NCBI GenBank assembly: GCA_022703335.1 | Contig: JAKLDV010000001.1 | Span: forward strand, 1-62,541 | Reading direction: 5' to 3' | DNA: 62,541 nucleotides | DNA from: Elusimicrobiota bacterium | GTDB lineage: Bacteria; Elusimicrobiota; Elusimicrobia; FEN-1173 | Shown: in pieces, positions 36,480-44,965 of the stretch | Layout: each line of letters opens with the position of its first letter | Position numbering within the stretch: position 1 is the stretch's first letter | The notes under the pieces: generated by a model | Told to the model about the DNA's origin: nothing | Databases searched by the model: none | What the model saw: the letters and a program-made list of their open reading frames with translations, nothing else | Position numbers and translations under genes: made by a program

Positions 36480-37880
36480 ATGATAACAAGGACGGTCATG
36501 CTGGGCGGATGCGTCGCGCTCTTCCTGGGCGCGGTGTCGCCTTTGTGGGGACGCAACCGGCCGCTCCCGACGGCCGGCGCCCGCGCCATGGCGCTGGGCG
36601 GCGCCTATTCGGCGGAAGACCAGGACGTCAACGCCCTCTTTTACAACCCCGCCGGATTGACGGGCCTCACGGGGTCCCAGATGAGCCTGAACTACGGCCG
36701 GCTGAACGTGGGCACGCTCAACACCACCTCGGAGATCCACGGCGCTTTCGGCATGCCCGCCAGTTTTCAAGGGAGGCCCATCGGCGCGGCGGGCGGGTTC
36801 CTGGCCCAATCGCTCGCTCCGGGCGCGCACGTGTTCGATCTCTACAGCGGTTTCGGGATGGATGTCCCCACCCGCGGCCGGGTGCCGTGGCCGGTGCGCG
36901 GCGGCGGCGTGCTGAAGATCCGACAGCAGAACGGGGACGAAAAGGACGACGCCGTCGGAAAGACCAAGGTCGGCTTCGGCCTGGACGGCGGCGCGCTGGT
37001 GCAGTTCAACGAAGATTTCACCCTGGGGTTCGTCCTGCGGGACCTGTTCCCGAGCGGGGTGAACCCGCCGGGCCCGCAACTCCGTCTGGGAGGGAAATAC
37101 CGCTACGTCCAAAAGGTGATCCTGCTGTCCGACCTGGAGGTCCGGCGGAACGTCACGGCGCTGCACTTCGGCGCGGAATGGCTTTTCTACCGCGACCTGC
37201 TGCGCCTGCGCATCGGCAACTCGTTCCGGGCCAACAGCGCCAACCACATCGCCCTCGGCGCCGGGTTCAACTTCTCGCCCGCCCAGATCGACGTGGCCTA
37301 CGCCGTCCCCACGGAGGATTTCAACGAGCCGTCCGACCAGTTCCGCATCACGCTCATCTACCGTTTCAACGCCCCGCGTTTTTCCGAACTCTATTTCGAC
37401 CGCGCCCTCGACATGGCGGACGAGGTGGACCGCCGCGTGGCCCAGCTGGAGGAAAAGGAGTCGCAGCTGAAAACCTCCGTGCAGGATCTGGAACAGGCGC
37501 GCCGCCTGGCCGAGGAGGAGCTGGCCCGGGTGAGCGTGCGCCGCGCCGAAGGCCAGCGGGACGTGGAGGAACGCATCCTGCAGGCGGAGACGCGCGCCTC
37601 CGAGGCGGAACGCCGCGCCGCGGACCTGGAAGACAAGGTCCGCGTCTCCGAGGAAAAGATCCGCCGGGCGGAACGCCTCACCGCGCCGCGGCCCGCCTCC
37701 ACCGAGAAACCCAAGCCGAAGATCCGCACCCACGTCGTTCAGCCCGGCGACTCTCTGCGGTCCCTCGCCGCCAAATATTACAACGACCCCGAACGCTGGA
37801 AGACCATCTTCAACGCCAACCCGAAAAAAGTGGACCGCGGCCGCCTCCTCCCCGGCGCCGAACTGGTCATCCCGGAGTAG
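36480..37880 (+). CDS. PorV/UPF0164-like OM beta-barrel fused to a ~100-aa coiled coil and a C-terminal LysM domain
   Basis: ATG 36480 (MITRTVMLGG..., signal peptide; the track ORF starts earlier). GARAMALGGAYSAEDQDVNALFYNPAGL motif. The barrel ends ...ITLIYRF. A heptad-rich segment follows (VAQLEEKESQLKTSVQDLEQARRLAEEELARV...). LysM region: THVVQPGDSLRSLAAKYYNDPERWKTIFNANP...LVIP. Confidence 0.7.
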   Translation: MITRTVMLGGCVALFLGAVSPLWGRNRPLPTAGARAMALGGAYSAEDQDVNALFYNPAGLTGLTGSQMSLNYGRLNVGTLNTTSEIHGAFGMPASFQGRPIGAAGGFLAQSLAPGAHVFDLYSGFGMDVPTRGRVPWPVRGGGVLKIRQQNGDEKDDAVGKTKVGFGLDGGALVQFNEDFTLGFVLRDLFPSGVNPPGPQLRLGGKYRYVQKVILLSDLEVRRNVTALHFGAEWLFYRDLLRLRIGNSFRANSANHIALGAGFNFSPAQIDVAYAVPTEDFNEPSDQFRITLIYRFNAPRFSELYFDRALDMADEVDRRVAQLEEKESQLKTSVQDLEQARRLAEEELARVSVRRAEGQRDVEERILQAETRASEAERRAADLEDKVRVSEEKIRRAERLTAPRPASTEKPKPKIRTHVVQPGDSLRSLAAKYYNDPERWKTIFNANPKKVDRGRLLPGAELVIPE

Positions 37881-37884
37881 TGTT

Positions 37885-39300
37885 GTGGCCGACGAAAAGA
37901 AAGAACCTTTGCCGACCATCCTCCCGGCCGATCTCAAGCCGAAGCTCGACTGGCCCGCCCTGGTCCACCAGACCAAGGAGAAGCTCGCCAAGATCCTTTG
38001 GGCCACGGAAGGCATTTCCGACGGCGCCCGGGAACTGGCCCTCAAGGAGGTCCTCTGGGAACTGGAACAGTTCCAGAAGAAAGTGGAGGACGTGGCCGGC
38101 CGGTGGGAGAGCGTCGAACGCATCTTCCGGGAGGAGAATGAGCTCCTGCGTTCGCTCCTGGGCACGGGTGAACACGAACTTCGCGCCCGGGTGCTGGCGT
38201 TGGCGCAGGAGATCCACAACCTGCGCAAGGACCTGCTGACCAGCCGCGACGAGGCCGCCGCCCTCACGCGCAAGGCCGGCAGCTACGCCGAAAGCAACGA
38301 GGACCTCCGCCGCCAATTGGGCGCGGCGCAGCAACGCATCGCCGAACTGGAGGCCGAGAAGTCGCACGAGTGGCACAGCCAGATGTCCGATTTCTCCCGC
38401 GAACAGTCCGCTCTCCAGGAACAGTTCACCAAACTCAACGAGGACCTGCTCCAGGTGCAGTCCATGTTGTCGGTCAAGAGCCGGGAGATGACCTCGGAAA
38501 AACAGGCGGAGTTGACCGCCCTCCAGACCAAACTTCTCCAGGAGATGGAGGAGGCCCTGCACCAGAAGGAGGAGCTCCTCTGGGCGGAGGAGGAGATCTT
38601 CGCCCGCGGCGTGGCGCAGAAATTGCGGGGAGAGATGCAGTCGGCCATGGGCCGGCTGCAGTTGACGCTGGAAAAATTCCATCTGCTCGAGGTGCAGGAC
38701 AAGCCCGGCGCCGGGACCTGGGAACAGTGGTGGCGCCTCATCAAGGTGGGGCCCGACGAGCTGCGCCGGGGATTCCAGGAGGTGGCGCAGGAACTCCGAC
38801 GGGGCGTGGAGACGCTGGAGGAATACCTGGCGCTCACCCATCGCCGCGTGCCGGCCCGCGCGGAACTGAACCTGCCGGAGATCGTCCACGCCCAGGTGGC
38901 CAAACTCTACACGGACCGACTGGAGAAAGGCACCCTGGAGGTCATCGTGCCGGAGGTGTTCCCCGTCTTCATGGGAGACGGCGAACTCCTCGCCGCCGTT
39001 CTGCAGGCGCTGATGGACAACGCCTTCGAGTCCCTGCCCCGCGCGGGCGGACGGGTGCGCCTCCGGGCGGAAAAAAGCCCGGACGAAAAAGAACTTTGGA
39101 TCACGGTCAGCGACACGGGGTGCGGCATCCCCCAGGGCCAGCGCGACCGGCTCTTCCAGCCGTTTTTCACCACCAAGGACGGACACCGCGGGCTGGGACT
39201 GGCCCGGGCGAAACGTTACGCCGAATGGCACCACGGCCGGCTTGAACTCGTGGACAGCGGCGCCGAGGGCAGCGCTTTTCGGCTGGTCTTGCCGGTATGA
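37885..39300 (+). CDS. Soluble histidine kinase with long N-terminal coiled-coil region
   Basis: 471 aa, GTG start, no TM segment. HATPase_c motifs (LMDNAFES, VSDTGCGIP, FQPFFTTK, GLGLA). It lacks a classical H-box; the candidate His lies in LALTHRRV. Confidence 0.75.
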   Translation: MADEKKEPLPTILPADLKPKLDWPALVHQTKEKLAKILWATEGISDGARELALKEVLWELEQFQKKVEDVAGRWESVERIFREENELLRSLLGTGEHELRARVLALAQEIHNLRKDLLTSRDEAAALTRKAGSYAESNEDLRRQLGAAQQRIAELEAEKSHEWHSQMSDFSREQSALQEQFTKLNEDLLQVQSMLSVKSREMTSEKQAELTALQTKLLQEMEEALHQKEELLWAEEEIFARGVAQKLRGEMQSAMGRLQLTLEKFHLLEVQDKPGAGTWEQWWRLIKVGPDELRRGFQEVAQELRRGVETLEEYLALTHRRVPARAELNLPEIVHAQVAKLYTDRLEKGTLEVIVPEVFPVFMGDGELLAAVLQALMDNAFESLPRAGGRVRLRAEKSPDEKELWITVSDTGCGIPQGQRDRLFQPFFTTKDGHRGLGLARAKRYAEWHHGRLELVDSGAEGSAFRLVLPV

Positions 39301-40433
39301 GCCAGGTCCTGATCGTCGCCCGGGATCCCGCGGTGCGGGACCAGTTGAAGGACGTGGCTCGTCAGGCCGGCGTCACGGTGGACCTGCTGGAGGATTTCGA
39401 CCCGGCTTTCGCCGCCATCGAGCGCGAGCCCCCGGTCCTGGTGTTCGCCGAGAACCCTCCCAGCGACGACGTCATGGAACAGCTGCGCAAGACGCTCAAG
39501 GTCCACGCGCCGGTGACGCCGCTGCTCCTCTATCTCCCGGAACGGAACAGCGCGCTGGCGCTCAAACGCATGACGGAAGGCGCCTACGACTGCCTCTCGT
39601 CGCCGGTGACGCCGGGCGATTTCCTGGCGGCGGCCAAACGGTCGGTGTCGCGCCTGGGCCGGCGGTTGCTCACCTCGCGCCAGGTGCGGCCGGCGGTGTG
39701 GTGGCGCCGCCCGGCGGTGGTGGCGGCTTTTTCGGTCCTGATGGTGGCGGGTTTCCTCGTCCTGGGCGTCCTGCGGTTCTGGTCGCCGCCTTTCCAGATC
39801 TTCAAACTCGCCTCGGACCACCCGGTGGCCGTGGGCGGCGACGAGGACACCCTCTGGGTGGCGGATTGGTCTCAACAGAACCTCACCCGCGTGGCGGTGC
39901 GCGGCGACTATCTTTCCATCGTTCAGGTCAACCGGTTCGAGGATTTTCAGCCGGTGGCCTCGGCGCTGGCGCCCTACTACGCCTACACCGCCTCCGCCGA
40001 CGGCCGGCTCCGGCGGCATCGGCTGGACGACGCGCTCTCGTCGGTGGCTTTGGTGCCCAGCCCCGGCCCTTCGCCGTCGGGCCTGGCGTGGGACGGTGCC
40101 GCCCTCTGGTCCTGCGATTCCTACACGGGGAAGATTTACGAACACGACGCCCGCCTGGGCGTCAAGAACATCTTCGACGGTCCCGCCGCCAAGCCCGTGG
40201 GGCTGGCCTGGGTGGACGACACGCTCTGGGTGGCCGACGGGGAACACAACACGCTCTGGCGCCTCAACCGCACCGGGGTGGACTGGGAGAAGAAGGGTCC
40301 CTTCGCGCCCCTCGTCTTCGCCCATAACCGGAACTTCCAACTCAGCGGGTTCACCGTCTGGAAGGGCAGCGTGTGGATCGTCTCCGAGGCCGGCGGCGTG
40401 CTGATCAAGGAACGGCTCCCCAAGGTGAAATGA
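39297..40433 (+). CDS. Pseudo-receiver (degenerate REC) - TM - beta-propeller-like repeat protein
   Basis: 378 aa. It has a REC-like N-terminus, but the phospho-acceptor position reads VLVFAENP (no Asp) and the conserved Lys position reads CLSSPV. One TM segment (AVVAAFSVLMVAGFLVLGVL). Repeats of the type GLAWDGAALW / GLAWVDDTLWVAD / GSVWIVSE. Its ATG overlaps the HK TGA (39297-39300). Confidence 0.55.
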   Translation: MSQVLIVARDPAVRDQLKDVARQAGVTVDLLEDFDPAFAAIEREPPVLVFAENPPSDDVMEQLRKTLKVHAPVTPLLLYLPERNSALALKRMTEGAYDCLSSPVTPGDFLAAAKRSVSRLGRRLLTSRQVRPAVWWRRPAVVAAFSVLMVAGFLVLGVLRFWSPPFQIFKLASDHPVAVGGDEDTLWVADWSQQNLTRVAVRGDYLSIVQVNRFEDFQPVASALAPYYAYTASADGRLRRHRLDDALSSVALVPSPGPSPSGLAWDGAALWSCDSYTGKIYEHDARLGVKNIFDGPAAKPVGLAWVDDTLWVADGEHNTLWRLNRTGVDWEKKGPFAPLVFAHNRNFQLSGFTVWKGSVWIVSEAGGVLIKERLPKVK

Positions 40434-40759
40434 TGAACGACCTTCGCGCCGGTCCGCGTCTGTCCACCTCCCTGCCGGTGATTTTGCAGTTCCCGGACGG
40501 CGTCCCCACGGAAGGGTGGGGGCGCATCTTGGACCTGTCCCTCTCGGGGGTGAAACTGGAGTCGCGTTGGCCCCTCAAGGTGGGCCAGGCGGTGTACATC
40601 ACGTTCGAGCCGCAGCACGAGATGCGCCTGGAGAACCTGCGCGCGCGCGTGGTGCGGGTCCAGTGGGAGGAAGGCTACTACGTGGCCGGCCTGTCCTTCG
40701 ACGAGTCCGTGGACCAGGCCTATCTGAGGGAGGCTCTCATCTCCCTCATGAGCCGGTAA
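40430..40759 (+). CDS. PilZ domain protein
   Basis: 109 aa from MMNDLRAGPRLST. It has an R-x-x-x-R-like N-terminus and D.S.GG (ILDLSLSGVKL). Its ATG overlaps the upstream TGA (40430-40433). Confidence 0.65.
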   Translation: MMNDLRAGPRLSTSLPVILQFPDGVPTEGWGRILDLSLSGVKLESRWPLKVGQAVYITFEPQHEMRLENLRARVVRVQWEEGYYVAGLSFDESVDQAYLREALISLMSR

Positions 40760-40769
40760 AGGGGGCGCC

Positions 40770-41840
40770 GTGAAGTCCACCTGTTCCCTGCTGATCCCTT
40801 TCGACCTGGGTCTGGAACTGGATTTCGAGGGAAAGGACGCGCGGGAGATCGTCAAAGAAGTCTCCTCCCGTCCGGCGGCGCCGCTCACCTTCGAGGGCCG
40901 GATCTTTTCAAACGCCACCATCACCACGCGGATCTACAAGTTCGGCGTGGGGCTCATCCAGCTCTCGTTCCCGGTGGAGGGGGACATCGGTTTTTTAACG
41001 GCGCTCTCCTGCCGCGCGGAGGCCATCGCCGTCGGAAAGACGGCCGTCTCGACCTGGGCGCGCACCCTGGTGGACGGGCTCATCGAACGCGCCCGGAAGT
41101 TCGCCAGCCACACCTACGAGCGCCGCCTGGAGGAGGTGGACATCTTCCCGGTGTTCGTCTTCGAAAAGGGGGTGGTGTCGTCGGCGGGCGAGTTCGTCAA
41201 GCGGAACCACAAGGCGCTCTTTGGCATCGTCTCGGGGGAGGCCAACTACGACGACCTCTCCGACTTCGCCCTGGAACAGGAACGGCTCGTCAATTTCGGC
41301 TACTACGAGAACGAGCTCATCCTCATCAAGCGGTTCGGCGCGGTGGTGTCGTCGGGCGAGGCGCACACCATCCTGGAACTCATCCGGCTGGCCTACGCGC
41401 TCTTCTGGAACCTGCGGGGCTACAACTTTTTCCTGGACCGGGAGATCGACAGCGCCCAGGCGCTCATCTCCCGCCTGCCGCCCTACTACAAGGTGTGGGT
41501 GATGCCGCAGCGCTATCAGATGTTTTCCCGGGAGGCCATGGGGTTCGGCATCGACAAGCTGGCCATCGTGGACTCGCTTTACAACGTGTCGGCCAACATC
41601 CCGCACATCGATTCGGACTGGCACCTGCGCACCATCTACCGCAACGTGCAGAAGGAGTTCGACATCGACGAGCTCTCCAAGATGGTGGAGGTGAAACTGG
41701 AACGCATCGAGGACACCTACAACTCGGCGCGGGACTTCCTTTCGACCAATTTCTTCATCGCGGTGGAGATCGTGCTCATCCTCTCGCTCTTCTGGATGGT
41801 GCTCGACACCTCCTTGCTTTTCACGATCGCTCAAAAATAG
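40770..41840 (+). CDS. Hypothetical protein with C-terminal TM helix, DUF155/RMD1 (YagE)-like
   Basis: 356 aa, GTG start. The C-terminal coiled segment followed by FFIAVEIVLILSLFWMVL resembles the DUF155 architecture. The family call is tentative. Confidence 0.4.
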   Translation: MKSTCSLLIPFDLGLELDFEGKDAREIVKEVSSRPAAPLTFEGRIFSNATITTRIYKFGVGLIQLSFPVEGDIGFLTALSCRAEAIAVGKTAVSTWARTLVDGLIERARKFASHTYERRLEEVDIFPVFVFEKGVVSSAGEFVKRNHKALFGIVSGEANYDDLSDFALEQERLVNFGYYENELILIKRFGAVVSSGEAHTILELIRLAYALFWNLRGYNFFLDREIDSAQALISRLPPYYKVWVMPQRYQMFSREAMGFGIDKLAIVDSLYNVSANIPHIDSDWHLRTIYRNVQKEFDIDELSKMVEVKLERIEDTYNSARDFLSTNFFIAVEIVLILSLFWMVLDTSLLFTIAQK

Positions 41841-41857
41841 GAAAGAAAGAGGAACGC

Positions 41858-42541
41858 ATGGCTTCAAAAATACTGGTGGTGGAAGACGATCCGGACGTCA
41901 TGGCCTTCGTCCGCGCCGGGCTGTCCTTCAAGGAATACGACACCCTGGAGGCCATGAACGGCCGCGACGCGGTGGCGGCCGCCAAGGGGAAACTGCCGGA
42001 CCTCATCCTGCTCGATTTGATGCTGCCCGACATGGACGGCATGGAGGTCTGCCGCCAACTCAAGGCGGACGAGAAGACCAAGTCCATCCCCATCATCATG
42101 ATCACCGCCCGCCACGACGTGGCCGACATCGTCCGCGGCCTGGAGACCGGCGCCAACGACTACGTCACCAAACCTTTCGACGTCATGGAACTGGTGGCGC
42201 GCGTGCGCACCCAGCTGCGCCTGGCCGACGAGCGCCGCGGCTTCCCCAAAATGATCGAGCGCGACGGTCTCTCGCTCGACTGGTTCCAGCGCACCGTTCA
42301 GCACGAAGGGGCCGTCGTCTCCGACCTCACCGATAAGGAGTTCGCCATCTTGTTCCACCTGGTCCTCTACTCCCCCAAACTGCTGGGCCGCCAGGAGATC
42401 TTCGAGAACGTCTGGGGCAAGGAATATAAAGGCACCTCCCGCACCATCGACGTGCACATCCAGCGGGTCCGCGAGAAGATCGGTTCCAAACTCTCGCGCC
42501 GCATCATCTCCATCAAGGGACAGGGCTACAAGTTCGTTTAG
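41858..42541 (+). CDS. OmpR-family response regulator
   Basis: Starts MASKILVVEDDPDV...PDLILLDLMLPDMDG...DYVTKPF, with a winged-helix C-terminus (LTDKEFAILFHL...IDVHIQRVREKI..IISIKGQGYKF). Confidence 0.9.
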   Translation: MASKILVVEDDPDVMAFVRAGLSFKEYDTLEAMNGRDAVAAAKGKLPDLILLDLMLPDMDGMEVCRQLKADEKTKSIPIIMITARHDVADIVRGLETGANDYVTKPFDVMELVARVRTQLRLADERRGFPKMIERDGLSLDWFQRTVQHEGAVVSDLTDKEFAILFHLVLYSPKLLGRQEIFENVWGKEYKGTSRTIDVHIQRVREKIGSKLSRRIISIKGQGYKFV

Positions 42542-42570
42542 CGCGTCCCACCGACGGTCGCGTTCCATAA

Positions 42571-42604
42571 AAATCCCGCCGGGTGTCGGCGGGATTTTTA
42601 TTTG
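42571..42604. terminator. Bidirectional Rho-independent terminator between convergent genes
   Basis: Perfect 11-bp stem AAATCCCGCCG (42571-42581) / CGGCGGGATTT (42587-42597) with loop GGTGT. A T-run lies downstream and an A-run upstream. Confidence 0.75.
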
Positions 42605-42643
42605 TGGCCGCGAGGAAACGCCCCTCGGTCGGGAGGGGGAGGT

Positions 42644-43447
42644 CTAAAGATGGTGCTGGGTCAGGGTCTCCCAGACGGAAAGTCCGGTCGGCGCGGGAAG
42701 GACCTTCGGCGCCGAGGGAAGGGGGAGCGGGGCTTCCGGCGCCACTTTCGGCGCCGGGACCGGTTTTGCGGCTTCTTTTTTGACCGCGTCCCTCGAGGAT
42801 TCCAGCAGGGTGGCGAGGAGTTTTAGTCCGCATTGGCGCAGGTGCGCGGCGAGACGTTCTCCCCGCCGGGTAAAACCGGATCGGAAGAGCCCCGTCACCG
42901 CCGCCGCCGAGATCCCCGCCATCAGCGGCCACAGGTCCGGCGAAAAATTCGTCAGGGCGTTCAGCCCCGCCGCCGACCACCCTTCCGCCGCGGGCATCAG
43001 GGAGATCGCGCTCCCCGCCGCTCCCGCGGCCAGGCACGCCGCCGCCCCGCCGGCCAGCAGCGCGCGCGCCCGGCCCTGGCGTTGCCGGTGTTCCTGCAAC
43101 ACCGATTCCACGGCGTCCGCCGCGTCTTCCCGGCCTTGCGCGGAATAATCCAACGCCGCCAGATAAAGTTCCGCGAACACCCCGGGCGTCGTTTCGGCCA
43201 GGGCGGCGGCGTCTTTGGTCCGATGCTGAAAGACGAGGGAAAGTATCCGATCCCACAGCTCCCCGTCAAACGTCCCCTCCTCCGCCAGGATCCGTTCCCG
43301 CCAAACCCTATAAAGGAGGGTCATCAGGAAAAGACACAGGACGGTTTCCACTCCCGTTCGGACCGTGGGATCGCCGGGCAGCGCCTCGTTCAGGCGCGTC
43401 GCGTGTTGAAGAAAGACGGAAAAAATCGAGATCGCGGTATCCACCAT
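42644..43447 (-). CDS. Hypothetical protein (helical N-domain, Ala/Gly-rich hydrophobic segments, Pro/Lys-rich tail)
   Basis: 267 aa. The codon usage looks native. I recognise no family. Confidence 0.45.
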   Translation of the reverse strand: MVDTAISIFSVFLQHATRLNEALPGDPTVRTGVETVLCLFLMTLLYRVWRERILAEEGTFDGELWDRILSLVFQHRTKDAAALAETTPGVFAELYLAALDYSAQGREDAADAVESVLQEHRQRQGRARALLAGGAAACLAAGAAGSAISLMPAAEGWSAAGLNALTNFSPDLWPLMAGISAAAVTGLFRSGFTRRGERLAAHLRQCGLKLLATLLESSRDAVKKEAAKPVPAPKVAPEAPLPLPSAPKVLPAPTGLSVWETLTQHHL

Positions 43448-43691
43448 GGGAGTCCTCCTAATGTAAAATCTCTTTACTATAGCGTATACCCGGAGCGGCG
43501 TTTTGTCAAGTAAAAGTTAAAAAAATTTACAACATGGACAATAAAATTAATATAAAAACGTATTGATTTATAGACATGTTTTAATATAAAAATGGAAAAT
43601 TCCGCGATTGGAAGGCAAAAAGATCCGAGAATGAAATACTTCCTCCCGTCGAGCCCGGTGGCTGTTTTTGACTTGTAAATCAATTTAACCA

Positions 43692-43720
43692 TTGACAAAA
43701 AGAGGTTTCGGGCCTAAACT
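43692..43720 (+). promoter_or_regulatory. Sigma70-like promoter candidate upstream of the four-helix-bundle gene / rplU operon
   Basis: TTGACA (43692-43697), 17 nt, TAAACT (43715-43720). An AAGGAGAG SD lies before ATG 43763. Confidence 0.45.
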
Positions 43721-43762
43721 GTAAAGGAGAGAGGTTTAAAATTCCGGGGGAAAAGGACGGCC

Positions 43763-44194
43763 ATGGGACACATTTCCTGGAACGACGGACAGGCGATTTT
43801 TCAGAAGGCGCATGTTCTCGCCTCCGAGGTGTACCGCTCCACGCGGACCTTCCCCATCTCCGAGGGCAGCGGGCTGGTGTATGAAATGCGGCAGTCTTCC
43901 CTGGCCATCTCGGCTTTTCTCTCCGACGCGCTGCGCAAGGACCAAAAATCCTACCTGGTCGACGTTCTGGAGACCGTCCTGAAACACCTGGCGGACTTGC
44001 GTCGCAACGTGGTGGTGTCGCGGTTCCTCACCTACCTCAGCGACGACGATTTCGAGAAGTTGGACCGGCTGGCCGAGGTCTTCCGGGCGGACGTGGAGAC
44101 GTGGAAGGAGTCTCTCGACACGTTCTCCCGCCCCGGCGACCGTCGCCCCGGCGATCCGGCCCCGACCCGCCTTTCCGTCCACCGCAGCGCCTGA
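43763..44194 (+). CDS. Four-helix-bundle protein (23S rRNA intervening-sequence protein family, TIGR02436-like)
   Basis: 143 aa. A..LA.EVYR.TR.FP..E...L..QMR.S..SI.. pattern (AHVLASEVYRSTRTFPISEGSGLVYEMRQSSLAISAFLSDA). Confidence 0.65.
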   Translation: MGHISWNDGQAIFQKAHVLASEVYRSTRTFPISEGSGLVYEMRQSSLAISAFLSDALRKDQKSYLVDVLETVLKHLADLRRNVVVSRFLTYLSDDDFEKLDRLAEVFRADVETWKESLDTFSRPGDRRPGDPAPTRLSVHRSA

Positions 44195-44208
44195 AGCCGT
44201 TTGACGGG

Positions 44209-44238
44209 TTGACGTACCCCTCCCAAATGAGATATGAT
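44209..44238 (+). promoter_or_regulatory. Second promoter candidate directly abutting the rplU start codon
   Basis: TTGACG (44209-44214), 18 nt, TATGAT (44233-44238). The rplU ATG at 44247 lies only 8 nt after the -10 box, and no SD is present. Confidence 0.35.
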
Positions 44239-44246
44239 TCCCGCCT

Positions 44247-44576
44247 ATGAAAAGCGATTCCTACGCCGTCATCCGCACCGGCGGCAAACAATACGCCGTT
44301 TCTCCCGGGGACAAGATCCGCGTGGAAAAACTCCCGCAGAACCAGGGCGAGGAGGTCCGGTTCGGCGACGTCCTCTTCGTCAAGAGCGGCGACCAGGCCC
44401 GCGCCGGGCGGCCCACCGTGGCCGGCGCCGAGGTGGTGGGGCAGGTCCTCCGTCAGATGCGTGACAAGAAAGTGCTCGTTTTCAAGAAACGTTCTAAGAA
44501 GGGCTACAAGAAACTCCAGGGGCATCGCCAATTCCTCACCGAAGTCCTGATCAAAACGGTTCAGGCGGGAAACTGA
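44247..44576 (+). CDS. rplU: 50S ribosomal protein L21
   Basis: 109 aa. [24 protein letters not shown]. Confidence 0.95.
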   Translation: MKSDSYAVIRTGGKQYAVSPGDKIRVEKLPQNQGEEVRFGDVLFVKSGDQARAGRPTVAGAEVVGQVLRQMRDKKVLVFKKRSKKGYKKLQGHRQFLTEVLIKTVQAGN

Positions 44577-44577
44577 T

Positions 44578-44868
44578 ATGGCACACACCAAATCGCAAGG
44601 CTCCTCCACCAACGGACGCGACTCGCAGGGACAACGTCTCGGCGTGAAGTGTTTCGGCGGAGAACTCGTCACGGCCGGCGCCGTCATCGTTCGGCAGCGG
44701 GGCACGCATTTCGCCCCCGGCCGCAACGTGGGCATCGGTTCGGACGACACCCTCTTCGCCAAGTCGGCCGGGGTGGTGCGCTTCGAATACCTGCGCGGCA
44801 CTCTGGGCCGCCGCGGCGGCCGCCGCCGGGTCAGCGTTTATCCCGGCACCGCGCCGGCCGCTTCCTAA
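44578..44868 (+). CDS. rpmA: 50S ribosomal protein L27
   Basis: 96 aa. [48 protein letters not shown]. Confidence 0.95.
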   Translation: MAHTKSQGSSTNGRDSQGQRLGVKCFGGELVTAGAVIVRQRGTHFAPGRNVGIGSDDTLFAKSAGVVRFEYLRGTLGRRGGRRRVSVYPGTAPAAS

Positions 44869-44965
44869 GCGGCCTTTCATCCCACGCTCCCTCTCCCATC
44901 CAACGACCGGTTCCTTCCAGGGGACGGCTCCGTCTTTCTTCCCCCGCTGAACCCGCCGACGCCCT

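Noticed and set aside
43477-43698. 73-aa minus-strand ORF inside the AT-rich intergenic region
   Set aside because: Its composition (Phe/Ile/Lys/Asn/Tyr) simply mirrors the AT-rich DNA. It has no SD and overlaps the promoter-like elements.
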